Below the pieces are notes generated by a model, which did not search any database, was not told the origin of the DNA, and saw nothing but the letters and a program-made list of their open reading frames with translations. Below, piece after piece: positions 5,967 through 14,855 of a DNA stretch of 31,747 nt. A program made the translations under genes and the position numbers. Source of the DNA: a virus. Its lineage: Duplodnaviria; Caudoviricetes. Positions within the stretch are counted from its first letter, which is position 1. The number at the start of each line of letters is the position of its first letter. The DNA is taken from positions 1-31,747 of the IMG/VR virus record IMGVR_UViG_3300020044_005823, one strand, 5' to 3'.

Positions 5967-6515
5967 ATGAAAAACACGCTTGTAGGTGAACTACCAAGGC
6001 ACCTCTATTGTTATGTTGATAGCAGGTATACTCACAAGGAGCCTACAGGCTTCATCCCTTGCGTTTGGTTTGGCTTGGTATCCTATCCTGGCCGTACCTG
6101 GGGATGTACCGTTATGCTTGAGTGTGGGGCGATATATAGGAATGTACCGGCTCATGGTCTTGCGTTCACCTTACCAACACCAACATGGACGCCAAAAGAG
6201 GCTCAACACTGGAACTGTTACGGCGAGGACTTTACTTGTTTGGAGTACACTTACTTGAGCGGCTTAACCTGCAAAGTTAAAGCTAACGAGCGTGAATACC
6301 TTGGCAGCTATCTGTTTACCGTTGCACCTGTCGGCGATGCTTTCTCAGCTTACCCTGAGCAAGCCAAAGAGTTCTGCTTCATCCAGCTTGATAACGGACG
6401 CCTTACCATTCAACCGACAAACCATGTTGTATTTCAAGAGTTGAGTTTTACAGATGAGAACTTTACCTTTGCGTCTGGCCTAAAACGACAAACTGATATT
6501 TACTCCGCAGAGTAA
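5967..6515 (+). CDS. hypothetical phage protein, predicted beta-rich
   Basis: Long ORF; ATG at 5967 directly follows the previous stop; GAIYRNVP, HWNCYG and LDNGRLTIQPTN segments. Confidence 0.75.
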   Translation: MKNTLVGELPRHLYCYVDSRYTHKEPTGFIPCVWFGLVSYPGRTWGCTVMLECGAIYRNVPAHGLAFTLPTPTWTPKEAQHWNCYGEDFTCLEYTYLSGLTCKVKANEREYLGSYLFTVAPVGDAFSAYPEQAKEFCFIQLDNGRLTIQPTNHVVFQELSFTDENFTFASGLKRQTDIYSAE

Positions 6516-6703
6516 TGGGAATTGAACATCGCATGAAAGATGAGGCCGATACCGAATACTGGAAGTGTCCTCATTGTGAAGCTGTCGGTGAACTAGAAAC
6601 AGCTACAAGCCTATGCGTAGAGTGCGGGGAAGGTGTCGAACCTCACGAGTCACCCGCTACATGGTTAGAGTTCTGGGAATACTGCAACAGCTTAAAAACT
6701 TAG
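6515..6703 (+). CDS. small zinc-ribbon protein
   Basis: CPHC...CVEC; TAATG coupling to the previous gene. Confidence 0.7.
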   Translation: MGIEHRMKDEADTEYWKCPHCEAVGELETATSLCVECGEGVEPHESPATWLEFWEYCNSLKT

Positions 6704-6759
6704 CTTGCAGAAATAACTACCATCAGTCACACTAAAGCTCCACCTATCAAGGAGCCTCT

Positions 6760-6900
6760 ATGCCAATGACCAAAAAAGGGATGAAGATTCGAGAAGCCCT
6801 AGAAAAAGAATACGGCAAAAAGAAAGGCGAAAGCGTGTTCTACGCTATGGAGAACGCTGGCAAGATTAAAGGTGTTACTAAAGGCAAGAAGAAAAAGTAA
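6760..6900 (+). CDS. small basic protein (46 aa, MPMTKKGMKIREALEKEYGKKKGESVFYAMENAGKIKGV...)
   Basis: Translated by hand; AAGGAG ribosome-binding site; TAATG coupling to the next gene. Confidence 0.75.
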   Translation: MPMTKKGMKIREALEKEYGKKKGESVFYAMENAGKIKGVTKGKKKK

Positions 6901-7163
6901 TGCCAAAGGAAAGTAACATCCGTCAAAGTCTTGAGCGTCAGGTTACTCTTAATAAACCGTTTCGTACCCCTGGCGAGCGTAAGAAGTTCGCCGTTTACGT
7001 TAAGAGCGAGAGCGGCAACGTCATCAAAGTACGCTTTGGTGATCCAAACATGAAGATTCGAAAAAACGAGCCTGAGCGCCGCAAATCCTTTCGAGCTAGG
7101 CACAACTGCGAAAACCCAGGACCAAAGACTAAAGCTCGATACTGGTCATGTCGTAACTGGTAA
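6900..7163 (+). CDS. conserved basic viral protein of unknown function
   Basis: KVRFGDPNMKI...RRKSFRARHNC...ARYWSCRNW pattern recalled from aquatic virus proteins. Confidence 0.8.
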   Translation: MPKESNIRQSLERQVTLNKPFRTPGERKKFAVYVKSESGNVIKVRFGDPNMKIRKNEPERRKSFRARHNCENPGPKTKARYWSCRNW

Positions 7164-7165
7164 CT

Positions 7166-7474
7166 ATGGTAAACTCTCGTGCCAAAGGCGCTCGTGCAGA
7201 GCGCGAACTAGCCAATCGTCTTAAAGATTACGGCTTTTCTGCTCACCGTACTCAACAGTTTTGTGGTAAAGCTGGTGACTCCGATGTTGAGTGCACTGAG
7301 CTGGCTCATTATCACATCGAATGCAAAATGGTAGAAGCCCTAAACATCGATAAAGCTATCGACCAAGCCACAAGAGATTGTGGGGACCGAACGCCTATCG
7401 TTGTGCATCGTAAAAACAACCGCCCTTGGCTGGTTACGATGTTCTTAGAAGATTGGCTGAAACTACAGAAATGA
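7166..7474 (+). CDS. Holliday junction resolvase, PD-(D/E)XK (Hjc-like)
   Basis: NSRAKGARAERE...SDV...HIECK...PIVVHRKN..PWLVT. Confidence 0.85.
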   Translation: MVNSRAKGARAERELANRLKDYGFSAHRTQQFCGKAGDSDVECTELAHYHIECKMVEALNIDKAIDQATRDCGDRTPIVVHRKNNRPWLVTMFLEDWLKLQK

Positions 7475-7812
7475 AAGATTACGAATTTAACTTGTTAAGC
7501 GTAGAGACTCCACCCAACGTACCACCTGAGCATATCCTATGGCTTGCCGTTATCGACAGAGCCGTAGTTGATTATGTGCGTTGGTACGAAGAACTAAACA
7601 TCAAGCAAAAGCGATCACTTGATTGGTTTCTATTTGAATTAGAGCCTTGCCCAAATAACTTACAATACCTATGTGAGATGCTATTCGATGACCACGAAGT
7701 TGCAGATAACATCAGAAAAAGAGCTAAGTTTCTAGCTGAAAACTCAACGGAGATAGAGAAACTTAAATACAACGTCTCTAGGTATCGCAGAGTTTACAAC
7801 CGACACACCTAG
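7471..7812 (+). CDS. hypothetical helical protein, possible regulator
   Basis: ATGA overlap at 7471; LWLAVIDRAVVD...WF...LCEML pattern; last gene of the rightward block. Confidence 0.7.
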   Translation: MKDYEFNLLSVETPPNVPPEHILWLAVIDRAVVDYVRWYEELNIKQKRSLDWFLFELEPCPNNLQYLCEMLFDDHEVADNIRKRAKFLAENSTEIEKLKYNVSRYRRVYNRHT

Positions 7813-7994
7813 CGTTTCTTCTTCTTATCAACAAGCGACCAAGCCTGAGATACGCCGTACAATACAGCACCAGCCACAACAGGCTCAGCAGCACTTACAA
7901 GGTTTGCGGCGTCCCTCTCTTCAATGCCGAAGGTCAACAAACCACCAGCGGCTAACGTGAGCAAATGTCGGACGATTGATAGAATGATTGGCAT
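7809..7994 (-). CDS. small holin-like membrane protein
   Basis: SIVRHLLTLAAGGLL plus a second hydrophobic helix and a basic KKKKR tail; last gene of the late region. Confidence 0.65.
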   Translation of the reverse strand: MPIILSIVRHLLTLAAGGLLTFGIEERDAANLVSAAEPVVAGAVLYGVSQAWSLVDKKKKR

Positions 7995-8776
7995 AGTATC
8001 TCCTTTGTCTTTTCAAAGTACCGCTGATTAAACTTACAGTCTCTTTGTCTAGGGTCTATAAAGCTACCCCTACTGCAATTCATCCAAGGTTCCCAGTAAT
8101 ACCTTAGCTCACAATTACGGGACCGTCTTGCCCATTTATTGACGTTTAGAGCGGCACCGTCAGTACCGTCCATGTCAACTATACAAGGTGCAACTGCTTT
8201 AGGATCACTTCCATGTGATTCACAGATGTTTCCTTCGAGACAACGTTGCCGGTAAGGATTGTCAACCAAAACACAAGTAGGCATAGCAACAGATACCCGA
8301 TCAGCCAAAGCTCTTCGTGCTCGTCCATTCAAATCACACTCCAAACACGGTGCCACAAAGCACGTTAAGTTACCCTTAGCCTTAGCTAGACGCTGAGCCG
8401 TTACCTCTACAACACGATTAAAACGTCTGTTAAGTCTGGACTTAGGGATATGCACCGCTCTACTAGCAGACGCCTTGTTGTAGCCCCACAACACCTCATA
8501 CCTGCCACACCGCTTGTTACGCATACAAGGAGAGTTGATAAGATGAACTCGAACTACCTTGTCTCTATCGTCCTTTAAAAGCCTGTCAGCACACTTACAA
8601 TCAGGAGCAAAGGTTTTCTCTAGCCAGCCAATTTCAAGTGGCTCAAAGCCCTTATAGAGCTTTACAGTGGCAGTACAGTTCCAATCCTTATGACAGAGAG
8701 CTAGAAGGCTAGGTGCTGCTGTGGCTTGCGGTGTCCATAAAGATACTAATAGTATCGTTATGAGCATCAATCTCAT
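7952..8776 (-). CDS. secreted cysteine-rich protein (18 Cys), possible TIM-barrel glycoside hydrolase
   Basis: Sec signal MRLMLITILLVSLWTPQATA|AP; lies between lysis-type genes; the fold is inferred only. Confidence 0.6.
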   Translation of the reverse strand: MRLMLITILLVSLWTPQATAAPSLLALCHKDWNCTATVKLYKGFEPLEIGWLEKTFAPDCKCADRLLKDDRDKVVRVHLINSPCMRNKRCGRYEVLWGYNKASASRAVHIPKSRLNRRFNRVVEVTAQRLAKAKGNLTCFVAPCLECDLNGRARRALADRVSVAMPTCVLVDNPYRQRCLEGNICESHGSDPKAVAPCIVDMDGTDGAALNVNKWARRSRNCELRYYWEPWMNCSRGSFIDPRQRDCKFNQRYFEKTKEILCQSFYQSSDICSR

Positions 8777-9015
8777 TTTTCTAAAGCCTTATCGAGCTTA
8801 CCTTCCATCCGTTCAAGCCGCTGCTTGATATGGCCTAGCTCAGCTTGGATGACCTGGACTTCCATACTTACCTTGTACTTACTTTCTTCAAGCTCACGCA
8901 AAGAGTTTTTAACCGCTCGGTAATCGAGTCCTACCATGCTGATAACAATGCCGATAATGGCCTTGATACCCATGTCTAACCAATAGCGCAGTTGGGTGAA
9001 ATCGTGATCTGTCAA
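8773..9015 (-). CDS. single-TM coiled-coil protein (holin-like / lysis accessory)
   Basis: One TM segment (GIKAIIGIVISMVGL) plus heptads ending LERMEGKLDKALEK. Confidence 0.65.
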   Translation of the reverse strand: MTDHDFTQLRYWLDMGIKAIIGIVISMVGLDYRAVKNSLRELEESKYKVSMEVQVIQAELGHIKQRLERMEGKLDKALEK

Positions 9016-9431
9016 TGTATCCTCCCACTGCCATAGGCATCTATCACGATAAGCTCTGCACTAGGCTCACCGTTCATTAGCATCATGAACCTATCAAAAG
9101 CAGCTTTACTGGCAAGGATACTTGTTTCTTTGTCTACTCGACCGTATTGCAAGCCCACTAGGATACACCCATGAGTATCCTTGTGCGTATTTCCAGCATG
9201 AAAAAGAATGTGAGAACGCTCAGGTACATCCATCACCTGATACGTTACTCCAAAACGGGGAGAACGATGCAGTTTAATAGTGTAGCGACCAATAGGAATA
9301 CAAGACACCTGGCGCTCATTATTACGCCAGGCATCTTCTAGTGTTACCATCTCAGGCGAGTCATCAATACAAAGCACACCAAGCGTTGCGCCGTTATGCT
9401 CTGTAACTCTGACTAACCTAAGCTGCTTCAT
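9012..9431 (-). CDS. DUF5675 family protein, putative endolysin (L,D-transpeptidase-like His/Cys motif)
   Basis: ATLGVL...TLE..W..N...SCIP.G.Y...VPERSHILFHAGN...DTHGCILVG. Confidence 0.85.
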   Translation of the reverse strand: MKQLRLVRVTEHNGATLGVLCIDDSPEMVTLEDAWRNNERQVSCIPIGRYTIKLHRSPRFGVTYQVMDVPERSHILFHAGNTHKDTHGCILVGLQYGRVDKETSILASKAAFDRFMMLMNGEPSAELIVIDAYGSGRIH

Positions 9432-10852
9432 GCCTCTAGTGCCGCAATACGAGCTTCAAGGGCTTCTACTTTTGCGTTGAGTTCTTGGATTGCTTTGCAA
9501 AGAACTGAGGTTAGACGGTCATAGCTAATAGCATCAGGCTCGCCTTCAATAGTTTTAGCGACTACTTCAGGAATTACATTAACCATTTCTTCAGCGATGA
9601 ATCCAACGTCATGACGTTCTGGTTCAGCTTTATAGGTAAATGTAACAGGACGCATTGCAAGAACTTCTGCAAGTCCATAAGAGCTATCTTCAATGTTGGC
9701 TTTATAACGAGCTGATGAAGTATCGTAGGTCCAAGTGCCAGTAGCATTGTTCCACTTCATGAAGTGAGTTCCAACTGCTGCTGTTATTCCAAGAATAACA
9801 AAACTAGCGGCATTGTTTTTTATGACTGAACGATTATCAAAAGCTCCACCTACTATTGCCGAATAATTGCCCAACTGAAGACTAGCAGCACTGCCACCAA
9901 AAAAAGCTAATTGGGCTCCTCCTGCTGTTCCATTAGAACCAGAAAATCCAACGTTTGTTACACTGCTAGAAGCTGAGCCAACTTGAAATTTATAACCAGT
10001 GGACAAGGTAGTAGTGCTATCAATTATAACTTCTCCACTAGCAGCAATCCGCATCCGTTCAGTCGGTGAGCCACTACCATCTGATGTTGTGGCAAAAACT
10101 AATCTTGTCGGCATGTCATTGGAAGCCCCAGGGATTCCATCTACCGTTGCATTGATAAATGCACCACGAGTGTACTCACTTCCACTTGCACCATAGAAAT
10201 CAATCTGACCGAGACCATCGCCGTTTTGAACGATAGTATTTGTTCCAGCCGTTGTTGCGCGAGACTTATACAGCTTTATTCGTGCAGCACCAGCGTCGTT
10301 GGTGTACTGGCCAAGGTCCATCAAATTGCTTAGAAGAAAATTGGTCCCATCATAAAGAGCTTCGTAGGTCAGGCCAGTCGTAACAGAAGCTAAGATTCCT
10401 AACGCAACTTTAGAGTTTTTCATCAGGCAGGATACAGGGCTTGCTAAGCCACTTATTTGCAATGTAACTGCACCAGTGCTTGTAAACCCAGCAATGAATC
10501 TAAATACTTGGCCAGCAGTATATGCTGTAATGGCAGGAGATGGTGTCAACGTTTGAGCGTTTGCAGAACCACCAGACGTTCCACACCAAATTATTGCGCC
10601 ATCCTGCACCTGGCCAACTTGAGCAGCATCATTACGAAGAGTTCCAGCAGCAAGATTAGTAATCTTGTTACTACTCATGCTCAAAGTACCGGACATAGCA
10701 TTTTGACCAGTCTTGTTTAAGCACTGATCGATACCAGTGGTGAAATCGTTGTCTTGATTGTCATGACGACCAGCCTCGATACCAATGCCATTCGCTGCGT
10801 CGCTAGCCCATGTTGGATTTGCTCTCGTAAAGTTTCCACCGCTCCAAGCCAT
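9428..10852 (-). CDS. tail fibre/spike with C-terminal peptidase S74 intramolecular chaperone
   Basis: TSSARYKANI, GFIAEE, YDRL..VLCKAIQEL and a terminal coiled coil; ERMRI fibre repeat. Confidence 0.9.
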   Translation of the reverse strand: MAWSGGNFTRANPTWASDAANGIGIEAGRHDNQDNDFTTGIDQCLNKTGQNAMSGTLSMSSNKITNLAAGTLRNDAAQVGQVQDGAIIWCGTSGGSANAQTLTPSPAITAYTAGQVFRFIAGFTSTGAVTLQISGLASPVSCLMKNSKVALGILASVTTGLTYEALYDGTNFLLSNLMDLGQYTNDAGAARIKLYKSRATTAGTNTIVQNGDGLGQIDFYGASGSEYTRGAFINATVDGIPGASNDMPTRLVFATTSDGSGSPTERMRIAASGEVIIDSTTTLSTGYKFQVGSASSSVTNVGFSGSNGTAGGAQLAFFGGSAASLQLGNYSAIVGGAFDNRSVIKNNAASFVILGITAAVGTHFMKWNNATGTWTYDTSSARYKANIEDSSYGLAEVLAMRPVTFTYKAEPERHDVGFIAEEMVNVIPEVVAKTIEGEPDAISYDRLTSVLCKAIQELNAKVEALEARIAALEA

Positions 10853-10861
10853 TGTCGTCTC

Positions 10862-12715
10862 CTATATCAAATTCATTACTTTGTTTACATATTCGCGTGT
10901 CTCTCGTGGTACCTTCACCACGCTCAACACGTTTTCCCAAGTTACGTTTCGCTTTTCAGCTCGTAACTTTGCGACAGCATTTTCAATGTTTCTTGGTCCC
11001 CAGTTGTAGGCAGCTAAAGCAAGCTCAGGTTGACCAAACTCTTTTAACTGTTGAGCAAGATACCTACTACCACCCTCAACATTCTGCTCAGGGTCAAACC
11101 TATCCTCAACACCTAAATCCTTAGCTGTACCTGGCATAAGCTGCATTAAGCCAGCAGCACCTTTGTTGCTTACTGCCTTGGGGTTATTGGTAGACTCTAT
11201 CTGCATCACCGCTTTAACTAAATCAGGTGGTGCATACCCTTCACCCTGTGGAATTGAAACGTCTTGTTTACCAACCTTTACTTTCTGAGGTTCAGGCGCA
11301 GTAAAAAGACTTTCTGCCTCGTTAAATACATCTACACTTGGAGTAGGCGCTGTCTCAGTCATGACAGGTGCGGCCATAGGAGTTTCAACTGCTGCTTCTG
11401 AAGGGGCCATTAAACCACGAGCAACAGCAGCTAATGGTTGAGCAGCGCCGGCAACTTGAGGCAAGGCAGCTCCCCCTCCTTCTAGTGCTGAAGCAAGTAA
11501 TCTCCTACCTGTACGAGACGATAAAAAAGCACCACCTAAACCTAACGCCGCTCCGCCAACTGGACCTAAGAGTCCTTGAGCGCCAGCACCGAACAAACCG
11601 CCAGTTGTAAATCCTGCTGTACGAGCAAGATTGATTGCTGCTAATATGCCGCTATTTTCTTTCGCTGTTTCTCTAGCAATCACAGGACGAGTAAGAATCA
11701 TGCCCTGCAAGTCTTTATTTAAAGCTTTCACCTCTGGAGCATAACGCTCAATAGACGCTTGCAACTCGTGATACATAGCTCTATTAAACTTACCATCGGC
11801 ACTCGTCGCCATTGGGTCGTACTTAGAGCCATAGAACTTTTTTTGTTCTTGCATGTACTGAAGTTTATCTGAGCCTTTCAGAGTGTTGAGTTTTTCTTTT
11901 AACTCACCAACTTTTGAAGCATACAATCGTTCGTTTTCAGCGCCAAACACACCTTTTTGATTCGCTTTAACTACATCAATAAACTGAGGTGTTTTGACTG
12001 ACTCATCAACATTTTTTAATAAGGTCGAAATAGTTGCATTCGTTTCGTCTACGCTATTATCAAGCGCATTAAGTTGTCTCGATGGACTAGAAGAAGAACC
12101 AAGAAAACCTTTTTCAATTACATTATCTGCTTGCTGTTGCGTAAGGCTAATTGTTCCCCCTTCCGCAGTCTTAACAGCCTGGCGTTTACCCAGAGTTTTG
12201 GCATAATCACCAGTTCGAAAACCGTATGCCGCTCGCTTTGCGCCTTTACCAGCAGCAGCTAAAACTCGACCGGCTGGACCTGCGCCCATTAGTAAACTTT
12301 CAACGCCAGCCCCAACCAATGCAGGTTCAACTTGCGCCTCTGCAATTTTTGCTACATCAGCCTCTTCTCCAGCGGCAAGTTCTGCACCAGCTCTACCAAG
12401 CGTGGAGCCTCCAAGATACCCAAGGGCACCTCCCAAAACACCACCAACAGGAACTGACAAACCAAACGTAAAAGGCGCAAAAGGCGCACCAGCCAAAGCA
12501 CCAAATTTGCCTCCGGTCAAACCTCCAGCAAGTCCACCTGATTCTTGAGCAACAGTTTGCAAACTAGGAATATACGATGCCAAACTAGAAAGTAATGAAG
12601 ATTCAGGCGCAGGTGTGGCAACAGCTTCTACCCCTGGAAATGATGTTGCTACAGGCGTTGCTGTGACAGCAGGGGCGCTAAACAATGCGTCAGCTTCATC
12701 AAACAAATCAGCCAT
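10862..12715 (-). CDS. internal virion (ejection) protein with C-terminal lytic transglycosylase
   Basis: AVMQIES, GAAGLMQLMP and ALAAYNWG motifs; Gly-rich hydrophobic segments; lies just before the tail fibre. Confidence 0.85.
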   Translation of the reverse strand: MADLFDEADALFSAPAVTATPVATSFPGVEAVATPAPESSLLSSLASYIPSLQTVAQESGGLAGGLTGGKFGALAGAPFAPFTFGLSVPVGGVLGGALGYLGGSTLGRAGAELAAGEEADVAKIAEAQVEPALVGAGVESLLMGAGPAGRVLAAAGKGAKRAAYGFRTGDYAKTLGKRQAVKTAEGGTISLTQQQADNVIEKGFLGSSSSPSRQLNALDNSVDETNATISTLLKNVDESVKTPQFIDVVKANQKGVFGAENERLYASKVGELKEKLNTLKGSDKLQYMQEQKKFYGSKYDPMATSADGKFNRAMYHELQASIERYAPEVKALNKDLQGMILTRPVIARETAKENSGILAAINLARTAGFTTGGLFGAGAQGLLGPVGGAALGLGGAFLSSRTGRRLLASALEGGGAALPQVAGAAQPLAAVARGLMAPSEAAVETPMAAPVMTETAPTPSVDVFNEAESLFTAPEPQKVKVGKQDVSIPQGEGYAPPDLVKAVMQIESTNNPKAVSNKGAAGLMQLMPGTAKDLGVEDRFDPEQNVEGGSRYLAQQLKEFGQPELALAAYNWGPRNIENAVAKLRAEKRNVTWENVLSVVKVPRETREYVNKVMNLI

Positions 12716-13902
12716 TACTGTCCTTTTGCTGCATTGACCAATGCTGTCAACGTAGTCTTCTCATTATCTGTGATTTTAGTTTTCCAATCGGAGCCATACT
12801 TAGACTTTAAACTAGTCATAAAGTCTTGCCCTGCTTTCATTGCATTTGGTTGCTGTGAAGCTGTTGGCGTTGTTATTGCAGGTTCAGCATACGCTGGAGT
12901 TCGTGCGCCAAATTGAGTTGGCCTACCTTCCTGCAAGGCTTGACGTAGCTCGCTTACAAATGCTTCTGGTCTTTGTGTGCCAGCAGCGACTATATCAGCA
13001 GCAATAGTTTTTTCATCCCGTGCAAATCGTCGTAAAATACCTGACACAGTTTCAGGTTCAACCGCCGTAAAATCTCCTGTCAAAATTTTGTCAAGGTTTA
13101 CACGCTCACGATCAGTGGCAGCAAGTCCAGAACGAGATTGCAATACTATGGTTGCCAAGTTTCTTAACCTTGATTTTAATTGCTCATCACCAAAAGCAGA
13201 TATGTTTTTAGCCGCAGCAAATTCTGGTATAGATTTGTAGGTATCAATCGTACCGGCAACATCAAGCGCTAAATCGGACGAAGCATTTCTCTCAACAGCT
13301 TTATTAAATATAGCTGGAGGAACATTCACATCCTCAAGTCCTAATTGCTTTCGTTGTAAAGCTCGACCTCGAAGCAATCTATCTTCAAGTTGTTGGCGCT
13401 CTGTGAAACCACCAGTTAGAGCTGCTTGTCTCTGCGCTTCTTTTGCGATACTTCTCTCAAATAATTGAGTGCCAAGTGGCCCAAGTTCAAACTCAGCTAA
13501 AGCCTTTTGTTTGGCAATCTCCTGACCTATGAGTTGCTGTTGAGCTGCTTGTTGAGCAGCAAGGCGAGTATTGACGCCTAACAACTTCTCTTGCATTACA
13601 GTATCGGGAGTTGATTCTATAATGCCTAAACGAGCCTGTGGAGTCTGAGCTTCTAGCAGTTGTAGTCCGAGCCTATTAGCTTCTAAGGATTGTTCAGCAG
13701 CAGACTGTCTAGCCTGATAGCCAAGCAAGCCGCTTATAAGAGCACCACCAAGAGCAACGCCGATATTAGTGCCAGCACTCTGATAAGGATTCATTAGAGC
13801 AGGTAAAGACGAAGCTAATACCTGAGAGCCAGTACCCCAACCAGTTTCTGCTGGGTCGTAGTTTAAACCAGCTAGTGCTCCGTATAAATCTTCACCTGCC
13901 AT
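12715..13902 (-). CDS. putative internal virion (ejection) protein
   Basis: Helical, Ala/Gln-rich, with an N-terminal Gly-rich hydrophobic segment; lies between nozzle and fibre genes. Confidence 0.65.
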   Translation of the reverse strand: MAGEDLYGALAGLNYDPAETGWGTGSQVLASSLPALMNPYQSAGTNIGVALGGALISGLLGYQARQSAAEQSLEANRLGLQLLEAQTPQARLGIIESTPDTVMQEKLLGVNTRLAAQQAAQQQLIGQEIAKQKALAEFELGPLGTQLFERSIAKEAQRQAALTGGFTERQQLEDRLLRGRALQRKQLGLEDVNVPPAIFNKAVERNASSDLALDVAGTIDTYKSIPEFAAAKNISAFGDEQLKSRLRNLATIVLQSRSGLAATDRERVNLDKILTGDFTAVEPETVSGILRRFARDEKTIAADIVAAGTQRPEAFVSELRQALQEGRPTQFGARTPAYAEPAITTPTASQQPNAMKAGQDFMTSLKSKYGSDWKTKITDNEKTTLTALVNAAKGQ

Positions 13903-13905
13903 AAA

Positions 13906-14853
13906 TTACCTTCTGTTGATAGTTGCTAACATGCCACCTTGCGCTAAACCTTGAGCAGCAGATTGTCCAGCACTCTGCTGTGGTTGTGTGCCTTGTTGCT
14001 GATAGCCACCCATGATGTAGTTAGCAAAAGCTTGGTCTGCGGAACTAGCACCACCACCGCCGCCACCTGATCTCTGTAGCTTTTGAGCTTGTTTGAACTT
14101 CTGTTCATTGAGTTGCTTTTCATACTCAAATCTTTGCTTTTCTTGCTCAGATGCAAATTGACCCTGCAATCCAGCAACGAATGGCGATTGAATAGACTGG
14201 AAGTATTCTGCTGGACTAAGTGCAGTTTTATACGCTTGTCCAAAAGCTTGAGCATTAACACCGTAAGCAGCTTGCTCAGCAGCGTTTGCAGCTTCTTGTC
14301 GCGCTCTATCTTCTCTATCATTTAAGTCACGCACCATAGCCTGAGCTGCTGGTGAGTTTGGATCTAAACCACGTTCTGCAATAGCTTGCTGCGTTGATTG
14401 ACGCTCTCGGCCAAACTGTTCTGCATTGCGTCGCTCAAACTGGGATAACACGCTTTGTCGTGCTCTATCCATTTCTTGCGTGAAACCCATCTCGTATTTC
14501 TTTTCCATCTCATACGGGTCAAATTCTTTAAACTGACCTGTAATATCAGTGTACGCTTCTGCGCCCTGTCGCAATGGTTGTTCGGCAAGCTCTTCTGGCG
14601 TTGGAGGTGCCGGTGTTGTAGGTGCTGTTTGAGTCGGAGTTGGCTTAGGCTTAGGCTTTTTCTCATCTTCTCGACGACCACGACCTGGCAGTGGTTTACC
14701 CCCAGATGTTACAAGATTGCCTTTTGGATCTTTGTAAATGCCAGGAGAAACACGAGTAAGTCCCTTTGGCTTATCCTTAGGGTCTTGTGCCATTGCTCCC
14801 TTTTTTGGAGGCTTGCTAACATTAGTTGTTGGTTTAGTTGTTTTCTTTGCCAT
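13906..14853 (-). CDS. putative internal virion (ejection) protein
   Basis: Lys/Pro-rich N-terminus, AERGLDPNSPAA..AM helical core, Gln/Gly-rich C-terminus. Confidence 0.65.
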   Translation of the reverse strand: MAKKTTKPTTNVSKPPKKGAMAQDPKDKPKGLTRVSPGIYKDPKGNLVTSGGKPLPGRGRREDEKKPKPKPTPTQTAPTTPAPPTPEELAEQPLRQGAEAYTDITGQFKEFDPYEMEKKYEMGFTQEMDRARQSVLSQFERRNAEQFGRERQSTQQAIAERGLDPNSPAAQAMVRDLNDREDRARQEAANAAEQAAYGVNAQAFGQAYKTALSPAEYFQSIQSPFVAGLQGQFASEQEKQRFEYEKQLNEQKFKQAQKLQRSGGGGGGASSADQAFANYIMGGYQQQGTQPQQSAGQSAAQGLAQGGMLATINRR

Positions 14854-14855
14854 AA

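Noticed and set aside
6705-6733. Promoter TTGCAG-17 nt-CACACT
   Set aside because: The -35 matches the other promoters but the -10 is weak; not enough support to call.
7809-7812. Terminator between the converging early and late blocks
   Set aside because: The two stop codons overlap in CTAG with no intergenic space or hairpin.
9428-10852. Diversity-generating retroelement or invertible tail-fibre cassette
   Set aside because: No reverse transcriptase, invertase or duplicated template/variable repeat was noticed by eye; a self-dotplot would confirm.
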